64,000 nucleotides of DNA from an uncultured virus (IMG/VR IMGVR_UViG_3300032293_002550) (lineage: Duplodnaviria; Heunggongvirae; Uroviricota; Caudoviricetes): IMG/VR virus record IMGVR_UViG_3300032293_002550; one strand, 5' to 3'. Positions within the stretch are counted from its first letter, which is position 1. Every line of letters starts with the position of its first letter. This document shows positions 57,583 through 64,000 of this stretch, piece by piece. Made by a program: the position numbers and the translations under genes. A model generated the notes under the pieces. That model searched no databases and was not told the origin of the DNA. It was given only the letters and a program-made list of their open reading frames with translations.

Positions 57583-59172
57583 TTAAATTGTAAATTCTCC
57601 CTCTTTTTCACCGCCTTCTTTCTTTTCTCCCTCTCCTGATTTTTCCTTTTTCTTTTTGGCTTCTTCTTTGAATTTCTCGTTGTCGAGCATATCTTGGTTA
57701 GACATCCCTAACCATCTATCTAGGGCAAATTTCAAATTGAAATATGACTTGCCTTCTGAATCTTTCAAGCCTAGTATTTTGATGACCTGGTCTTTTCTTG
57801 CTGTCATTACCTCCATCTCTTTGGCCTCCTTGAACATGTTCTCTTTAACGTAATCTAATCCAAACTCCGATTTGATTAGATAGTCATTTTTCATTTGTGG
57901 AAAGTCCAAACAAAATTGGACCCAAAGGGGCTTCATCAGAATCTCTTGGTAGATAGAGCGAAGACGATTTATAAACTTACCAAATCTTATTTCCTCCTGG
58001 TCTAGACCATCAGCAGAGAATGTGATAGTTCCCTCTGATCCAGAATCATCCCTACCGAACCTACTGGCAGGAACTTTAGAATCGATCCGAAGTTTGTTGG
58101 CAAAATATTGCAGAGCCTTCGTGTCAGAAAAAGCAGTTGCGTCTCCTGCTCCAGTCAATGGCTGAATATCAGGTGTACCATTCGGTGAGGATGGCATGAG
58201 ATAGTTCTTGAAAAATTGAATCTTAGGACGTCCATCAACAGTCAATTCACCACTATCAGTGTTGAGTCTTATGTCCTCCTTGTAAATGCTCATCAATTCA
58301 CCAAGCGTTTGTTTGGCTTTCTGTGGGGATTTGGTCCCAATAGGAACTGTCATCGCCATCCTGAATGAGGAATTCATCACGTTCCAAATTATTCTGGTGT
58401 GCTCCATAATCCTCAATAAGTTAAATGACCTAATAAGCCTCTCAACATAACTAATTCTAGCAGCGGTTCCTCCACCCTTTGCATAACTTATGTAGATAAT
58501 TTGGGAGTCATAAAGTTTTCTTGTGAGTGACGGATTATCTGGGTATTGAATCCAAATGTCAACATAAGAACCATCTGGTTGCTGCTCAACTGTGGGAACT
58601 AATGAAGCAGCATCGATCTCCTTGAATCCTATGATGTTTTTTCCTTTCTTGTCAAATATGATTTCGAATGATAGATTTCCCTCGACCAGAAATTTTCTGA
58701 AGAGGTGCCAAGCAAGAATGTCTTGGTTAAACCCAAACAAATTATAGATTTCCTTATATCTTTTTTGAACCTTAGAAGAAACATCTTCATCCACATCATC
58801 ATGTTGCATGAAAGAAAAATAAGCCCAAAAGTTTTTCTCGTCGTAAACTATCGATTCGTCACAAATTGTATCAAGAATGAATTCAATCTCTGGGTTTTGT
58901 GCAAAACCCTGTACATAGTGTCTTTTGTTCTTAAAATCTTTATCAAAATAAGCTATGTATTGCTTTGTTGTTGTATCAGATCTTTTTAAACCAAATAGAA
59001 AAGCCTCATCTTTGATCCCTCCTTTTTTGAGAAACTGTGCTTCAGTGACCCCAACGGCTTGTGAATTTTTGACAACGAGATCTCCATAGGCCATTCCAAA
59101 ACTGCCTACTTTCCTAATGTTTTCGATTATTGTATCAAAAAATGTTTTCTTTCCGTCAGTAAATCCAGCCAT
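57583..59172 (-). CDS. Portal vertex protein (gp20-like), copy 1
   Basis: PEIEFILDTICDE, SYVERL, LRIMEHTRIIW, KVPASRF, EEIRFGKFINRLRSIY. Confidence 0.88.
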   Translation of the reverse strand: MAGFTDGKKTFFDTIIENIRKVGSFGMAYGDLVVKNSQAVGVTEAQFLKKGGIKDEAFLFGLKRSDTTTKQYIAYFDKDFKNKRHYVQGFAQNPEIEFILDTICDESIVYDEKNFWAYFSFMQHDDVDEDVSSKVQKRYKEIYNLFGFNQDILAWHLFRKFLVEGNLSFEIIFDKKGKNIIGFKEIDAASLVPTVEQQPDGSYVDIWIQYPDNPSLTRKLYDSQIIYISYAKGGGTAARISYVERLIRSFNLLRIMEHTRIIWNVMNSSFRMAMTVPIGTKSPQKAKQTLGELMSIYKEDIRLNTDSGELTVDGRPKIQFFKNYLMPSSPNGTPDIQPLTGAGDATAFSDTKALQYFANKLRIDSKVPASRFGRDDSGSEGTITFSADGLDQEEIRFGKFINRLRSIYQEILMKPLWVQFCLDFPQMKNDYLIKSEFGLDYVKENMFKEAKEMEVMTARKDQVIKILGLKDSEGKSYFNLKFALDRWLGMSNQDMLDNEKFKEEAKKKKEKSGEGEKKEGGEKEGEFTI

Positions 59173-59765
59173 TAAAACTGCATATTTTTCTTATATATCT
59201 CTTCAATCGGGGTCCCTTCAATTGCTCTAGTGTGAAGATAAACTATTCTAGTCCATTCTTCGACAGGAATTTCTATAATGTCTCTCACTTTTTTAAGATC
59301 CCACACCCTGTAGGAATTCTTGAAGGGAATTCCAGTTAATATGGTGTTGAGAGTTTCATAGTCAGTTTTGAACTGAATTTGACTCTTTGCCTGTCCCTCT
59401 TCAACTTTTTTGATGTTGGTTTCGATCTGGGAACCGAATACACTTTGAATTTTTGTAAAGAATGGAATTCTGATCATCGGAGGCATAAGAATTAAATCAA
59501 TACCGCTGAAAAGATTTTTTTCTTCTTTTATGAAATACCCGGTAAAAAAAACAACGGGTCTTTTATTTATGAATTTTTTACTTTTTTCCAGTTTGTCATT
59601 ATACTCAAAAGAATAAACCTTTCCCGTTAGAAATTCATCAGGGTTGAATTCTTTTCTTTGGTTAACGTAATTTTCAAACCAGAATAGAAAAGAATCCTCG
59701 CCTGGAGAATTGAGAGTGGAAGATTGTAATCTAAAATCCTCAAATCTTTGATTGAAAGGTTTCAT
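59172..59765 (-). CDS. DNA end protector protein (gp2-like)
   Basis: GKVYSFEY, RPVVFF, GIDLILMPPMIR, EEW; lies next to a gp4-like gene. Confidence 0.6.
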   Translation of the reverse strand: MKPFNQRFEDFRLQSSTLNSPGEDSFLFWFENYVNQRKEFNPDEFLTGKVYSFEYNDKLEKSKKFINKRPVVFFTGYFIKEEKNLFSGIDLILMPPMIRIPFFTKIQSVFGSQIETNIKKVEEGQAKSQIQFKTDYETLNTILTGIPFKNSYRVWDLKKVRDIIEIPVEEWTRIVYLHTRAIEGTPIEEIYKKNMQF

Positions 59766-60262
59766 CGCATTATGAACTTCTCGTTAATAGCTCCAAATTT
59801 ATATCCTCTTGACTCAGCGAATCTTGTTGCAGCTTCAAACTTAGCACGATTAGTTATCCAGATTTGAAGCTTTTGGTTGTATGCTCTAACTTTCTTTTCT
59901 GTAAGATTGCCTACAGGTTCCTTTGGTCTCTTGTTAATATCATATTGGTTTTCCGGCTTTATTTCAATCAACCAATCTTCAATTGTTCCATCAAGTTTTT
60001 TGACCTGTATGTAATAGTCAACGAAATAAGTGTGCTCCTTCTTGTCAATTGGTGACCAATATTTTATTCCAGAAAGTGGCTCAGAAGACCATTTAACGAT
60101 GTTGGGATTTGTATCACAATATTGGCAAAACTTCCTTTCCCAAGAACTTCTATAGATTATATTGTTGATGTCTCCAATATACTTAGAGGGATTTAAAGGA
60201 GCATACAATCCTTGTTTGTATTTGGAATTTTTTGTGGGCCTTAAATTCTTGATGTTCTTCAT
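59762..60262 (-). CDS. Head completion nuclease (gp4-like, TnsA-type)
   Basis: PSKYIGD, IYRSSWERKF, WSSE, YFVDY, LIEIKP, NRAKFEAA. Confidence 0.9.
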   Translation of the reverse strand: MKNIKNLRPTKNSKYKQGLYAPLNPSKYIGDINNIIYRSSWERKFCQYCDTNPNIVKWSSEPLSGIKYWSPIDKKEHTYFVDYYIQVKKLDGTIEDWLIEIKPENQYDINKRPKEPVGNLTEKKVRAYNQKLQIWITNRAKFEAATRFAESRGYKFGAINEKFIMR

Positions 60263-60296
60263 AGAGGTGTGGCCTTTCTAAAATTGCCAAAAGCAA

Positions 60297-60653
60297 TCAA
60301 ATATTATAATTTGTGTTTTCTTCTTTCACGATTCTTGAAAATGGGATAGTCTTGATGGACTTAGGTGGATGAATTTTTTTCCACCCTTTTTTCATTCCAT
60401 TATGAGCTATTTGGGAGATGAATGCGAATGGATTGTCAGACTTCTCTGGATCATATCGATTCCAATACTTTATGAGATCCTCAAGACCAGACGAGATACA
60501 ATCTTCACGATCTTCTGTGTCTCGATATGAATGTGTCTTGCTCATTCCATTGACAATAAGAGTGAACATCTTAATTGTTTCTGAGGTTAGTTCACCTTGT
60601 TCTTTGCTTTCTAATAAAGCTCTTTTGAGTTCTTTGTTTTTAACGTAGATCAT
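60297..60653 (-). CDS. Late-transcription sigma factor (gp55-like), short
   Basis: YVKNKEL, REDCIS, YDPEKSDNPFAFISQI. Confidence 0.75.
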   Translation of the reverse strand: MIYVKNKELKRALLESKEQGELTSETIKMFTLIVNGMSKTHSYRDTEDREDCISSGLEDLIKYWNRYDPEKSDNPFAFISQIAHNGMKKGWKKIHPPKSIKTIPFSRIVKEENTNYNI

Positions 60654-60865
60654 TGTTCGATAGGGAGATTTTTTTGGAACTTTTCGATTTGATTTTCTAA
60701 GCTTGTCTTCAATTTTTCCAAATTTTCCCTAGAACCCTTAATTACCTCTATCCCTATTCTACCATTTTCTAAACTGGAAGTTTCCAATTCAGTTAGTTTA
60801 TCCAAACATGTCTTTAAATCATCCAAAACAAAACTGAGTCTATTTCCTAATCCCTCTTCGGGCAA
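60650..60865 (-). CDS. Coiled-coil ORF, probably the -1 frameshift extension of 60895-63213
   Basis: Only a TTG start, which lies at the end of a stem. The frame is open back to 60910 across the A9G run. Its TGA overlaps the gp55-like ATG (ATGA). Confidence 0.6.
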   Translation of the reverse strand: MPEEGLGNRLSFVLDDLKTCLDKLTELETSSLENGRIGIEVIKGSRENLEKLKTSLENQIEKFQKNLPIEQ

Positions 60866-60907
60866 GGAAACAGACTCAGATACTAAACTCGATCTTACTT
60901 TTTTTTT
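60834..60907 (-). promoter_or_regulatory. Candidate frameshift signal: A-AAA-AAG (in an A9G run) plus a downstream 15-bp stem-loop
   Basis: mRNA ACA AAA AAA AAG UAA; stem arms at 60879-60865 and 60848-60834 (one G-U pair), followed by UUUUGUUUU. Confidence 0.6.
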
Positions 60908-63213
60908 GTTTTAGGAGCAGAAGAAAGAGTAGCTCTTTTTTCGTCTTCCATAAACTTCTTGTTGTTCCTTTTGTGATTTCCTGGCGCTTCTGCCAAATTA
61001 GCATCTGTTTCTTTTTCAATAAACTTCTTTGGCTTTGGCATCTTGGCTTTAGGAGCTTTCTCAATGTGTGAGTTCTTCTGGCTTTCTTTTAAAGCCAAGT
61101 TGTGACCTTTTAAATCTTCGATAAATTTAGATGCACTTTTAATGACTGACGAAGGTGCCTTTGCAAGATTGGAATTGTTTAGATCCTGTGCAAAGTTTTT
61201 GCCTTTACCACTTTTACCACCTGGAGCTGAAGCTAGGTTTTGTTTTTTCGTTTTAGCTGAACCAGTCACTGGAGAATTTTTAGCTTCACCTTTAACACTG
61301 GCCATGTTAGCATTTTTTGGATCGTTGATGAATTTAGGGCTAGACTTTGTTTGTTTCGAAGGAGCAGCTGCCATATTCTTACGAGCTTGTCCCATCAAAG
61401 CACCATCTTTTTTTGTCCCTCTTGTTGGAGCAGGTGCAGTAGAGAATCCTTGGTTCATAGCCTCATTAGCCTCACCACTAAATTCTAGACTCATGTCGGG
61501 AGTTTGGATGTCGTAGTTATCTACCTCATCAACTAAATCCTCAACATCAGAGAAGAAATATTCTCCGGTTTTACCTTCCTTAAATAAAACAGTATATGTT
61601 TTAGAACTACCATCTACACCTACGATTTTACCCTTATTACCGTTTCTTTTGATTCTAACCTCTGTATCAATAGGATATCCCATTTCTTCGTTAACAGAAA
61701 TTTCATTTGCTGAACTTTCGAATCTTTTGATCCCAACATTAATTTGGTTCCATTTATCCTTTAGAATCTGAAGTTCATTTTCTAGGGACTCTTCTAGATT
61801 TAATAATTGTGTGGAATTTGCGATCAAAGGATTTTCTGATTTTACTTTCGTGATCTTGATCAGTTCTGCCTCAAGAAGTTCAATGTTTTTAACAATCTCT
61901 TTCTTATCATTTTTCATGACACTTAAGAAAGCTTGTTCCCCTTGTAAGAACTCTGTTAGAGACTCAGAAATGTCATATTTCATGAACTCTTTGATGATAT
62001 TGATGGCCTGGGTTGCGTTTGACTCGTAAATCTTGTTCAAGCGCATCGCAGGATTTACTGTTTGCACGTAAATTCTGTTTTCATACTTGAAAATGTTTGC
62101 TTCCACACCTTCGTATAATTTTGATTTGATCTTCTTACCAAAATCGATATCTACAATTTCATCGGCCGTTTGTGCAATGAAAGCAGCTTTAGCCGCTTTA
62201 TAATTAGAGTTCTCTAAAAGGTTGTTTGTGGTCACACTAATAGCAGCTGGAAGATCTGCTTCATGAATGTGTTTGCCATCTAAGTAAATTCTCTTTTGTT
62301 CATTTTCGAAAACAATGTCAACTTTACTTTTACCAACATTCAAAGAAATTCTGTCACCATCAATTCTAACCTCTCTATCTACAACGACAAGAGCCTTGTT
62401 TTGAAAATCTGCTGGAACATCTTCAGCTGAACACTCATTGATAGTTTTAGATGCATCGTCAATTGCTAAAAATTTCCCACTGGAAAAGAAAATGGATCCA
62501 CTTTCTGTAACCATTATTGGGGAATAAATATTAGTTACGTGACAAATGTTATTATCAACACCAAGATTGAACTTGTTTGGATTGCTGTTTTCGTGGAGTG
62601 AAAGGAAGCTAACGAGGTTTCTAACCAAAGGATTGAATCCAAATCTTTTTAATCCGTGAATCAATGTATCAGAAACATGATTTTCTGAAATTAACCAATT
62701 CTTCATTTGAGAAGTTGCATCAGAAAACAAATCTTTTCCCGGAGCTGCCTTAATTGATTCGTAAACTTTAACAACTTCAATTTCCCTTCTTCTATTGGCA
62801 AATATTTGGTTCAAATTTTCCACCACAGAAACAACTGAGGTCTCCCAAGAAAATGACTTGAGATCGTTCAAAAAAGATTCAAATACAAAAGCTTCTGAAA
62901 TTCCGTTATGAAGAATCAAGGACTCATATTTGTCAAGTAATATTTTTCCCGCAGGCAATTCGTTAAGAGTAGAATTACGCAAAGCTGAGATGGTATTAAC
63001 TAATCCAAAACTGAAGACCGTATTGTTTGATTTTGGAAAATATTCGTTGTTTGCAGACTCTTTCAACATTTGGGCGGTTGACCCATTAAGAAAAGAAGAT
63101 GCAACAGGTGATTTAGAAACATCCAAACCCCCCCAAGACTTCATTGATTCAGCAACACTTTTTGAAGTCTCCATGTTTAATCTGTCGATCTCTGGATTAT
63201 TATTTTTTTCCAT
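60895..63213 (-). CDS. Large putative prohead/virion protein with a coiled coil and a basic repetitive C-terminus
   Basis: 772 aa; GATATATA at 63232-63239; several (L/V)xE sites; C-terminal NLAxAP...KF repeats. Confidence 0.65.
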   Translation of the reverse strand: MEKNNNPEIDRLNMETSKSVAESMKSWGGLDVSKSPVASSFLNGSTAQMLKESANNEYFPKSNNTVFSFGLVNTISALRNSTLNELPAGKILLDKYESLILHNGISEAFVFESFLNDLKSFSWETSVVSVVENLNQIFANRRREIEVVKVYESIKAAPGKDLFSDATSQMKNWLISENHVSDTLIHGLKRFGFNPLVRNLVSFLSLHENSNPNKFNLGVDNNICHVTNIYSPIMVTESGSIFFSSGKFLAIDDASKTINECSAEDVPADFQNKALVVVDREVRIDGDRISLNVGKSKVDIVFENEQKRIYLDGKHIHEADLPAAISVTTNNLLENSNYKAAKAAFIAQTADEIVDIDFGKKIKSKLYEGVEANIFKYENRIYVQTVNPAMRLNKIYESNATQAINIIKEFMKYDISESLTEFLQGEQAFLSVMKNDKKEIVKNIELLEAELIKITKVKSENPLIANSTQLLNLEESLENELQILKDKWNQINVGIKRFESSANEISVNEEMGYPIDTEVRIKRNGNKGKIVGVDGSSKTYTVLFKEGKTGEYFFSDVEDLVDEVDNYDIQTPDMSLEFSGEANEAMNQGFSTAPAPTRGTKKDGALMGQARKNMAAAPSKQTKSSPKFINDPKNANMASVKGEAKNSPVTGSAKTKKQNLASAPGGKSGKGKNFAQDLNNSNLAKAPSSVIKSASKFIEDLKGHNLALKESQKNSHIEKAPKAKMPKPKKFIEKETDANLAEAPGNHKRNNKKFMEDEKRATLSSAPKTKKK

Positions 63214-63271
63214 CTTGATTCTTTTTTTTAGTATATATCCATTCTATTCCTAGATTTCTATGAAATGAAGA

Positions 63272-63613
63272 TCAGAATCTTTTTAGTTTTCCAATTCCAT
63301 CAATCTTATAGTTAATTACTCCAGTAAAAACACCCATAGATTTCTCGATAATGTTCATGTATACTAGAGCAAATTCTCCTTCAATATTGATAGATGCTTT
63401 GAAAGAGTTGTACCAAGTGCTAAGTTCGTCAGATTTTTCTTGAGCTACGTTTGTGTATGTTTGGGCTCTTACACTTTCAACTAATGTTCTTTTTGCGATT
63501 CGATCCTCTGGATCAGTAGACAAAAACAACGATAATTGCTCAGGTGTGAAATCGATCCGATTTACTTCTTTCCAGTTTCCTTCTAGAGTTGAAAGATAAT
63601 TTTTTAAAGGCAT
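63272..63613 (-). CDS. Hypothetical protein
   Basis: 113-aa ORF. Confidence 0.6.
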   Translation of the reverse strand: MPLKNYLSTLEGNWKEVNRIDFTPEQLSLFLSTDPEDRIAKRTLVESVRAQTYTNVAQEKSDELSTWYNSFKASINIEGEFALVYMNIIEKSMGVFTGVINYKIDGIGKLKRF

Positions 63614-63685
63614 ATCATTTCATTGATTGATCAATTCTTAATCGAAAAAAAAGCATTTTTAAAATCTAGTAGATACGAAAAAATT

Positions 63686-64000
63686 TCAATTATTTTGGAA
63701 ATATTTTTTGATTCTCTTACTTAATCTCACTCTCGGGTCGTTTGAACTTCTATTTAATTGTTCGTATTTCAACAAAAAACCAAAGCTCAAGAAAATTCTT
63801 CTTGAATTAAACTCTTCTGTCCAATGTTTATATAAAGAGGCTTCAAAACCATAAAGGTCTGTTTGTTCGATGTTTATTGATTCTTTATCTAAGAATAATT
63901 GGTAATTGTCAGATAATACACTAACATTACATTTATAATTTATATAACCATCTAATGAAGCGTCATAATGTGGATCAATCTTCCCACCTTTATCCATATC
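63686..64000 (-). CDS. Partial 2OG-Fe(II) oxygenase-like protein (open to the right edge)
   Basis: IDPHYD (HxD) ... YKHW ... RRIFLSFGF. Confidence 0.6.
   Translation of the reverse strand, partial: DMDKGGKIDPHYDASLDGYINYKCNVSVLSDNYQLFLDKESINIEQTDLYGFEASLYKHWTEEFNSRRIFLSFGFLLKYEQLNRSSNDPRVRLSKRIKKYFQNN

Noticed and set aside
60876..61064. 62-aa alternative-frame ORF over the end of the 772-aa gene
   Set aside because: Almost entirely nested, and explained by the Lys/Ala codon bias of the main frame.
1..64000. Stop-codon reassignment (TAG or TGA) as seen in some jumbo phages
   Set aside because: Conserved genes are full-length under code 11, and TAG/TGA stops abut the next start (for example 14111/14109 and the ATGA overlaps). 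The only interruption found is one TAA.
1..64000. tRNA, rRNA, introns, inteins or IS elements
   Set aside because: Intergenic gaps are short and AT-rich with no cloverleaf that I could recognise, and conserved enzymes show no large insertions. A covariance-model search would be needed to exclude small RNAs.

Overview
This window is a densely coding, AT-rich segment of a large T4-like (Tevenvirinae-type) jumbo myophage genome. It uses the standard genetic code, and most genes are on the minus strand. From left to right it contains: (1) a baseplate/tail module (1-5676); (2) a ~17 kb cluster of glycan-synthesis and modification genes (kdsA, SIS-only kdsD, gmd, fcl, a GT10 fucosyltransferase, many GT-A transferases and methyltransferases, WbqC; 7444-24737); (3) putative head-packaged proteins, a Glu/Asp tandem-repeat protein next to a RimK-ligase/aspartyl-protease fusion, AsnB and a dNMP-kinase-like gene; (4) the major capsid protein and a prohead protease fused to a 14-aa-repeat scaffold; (5) a collagen-like fibre; (6) replication genes (RNase H, clamp loader, ATP-dependent ligase); (7) two tandem full-length portal paralogues, followed by gp2-, gp4- and gp55-like genes. 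The most notable signals I read directly are four. First, a candidate -1 frameshift site (A-AAA-AAG just before a TAA, followed by a 15-bp stem) links a 772-aa protein to a coiled-coil ORF whose stop overlaps the start of the late sigma gene. Second, the portal gene is duplicated. Third, about a dozen proteins share a motif resembling the T4 capsid-targeting sequence. Fourth, a poly-Glu protein sits beside a putative Glu writer/eraser fusion. Two recurring promoter-like motifs are also visible. All functional calls come from motif recognition by eye; no database searches were run.
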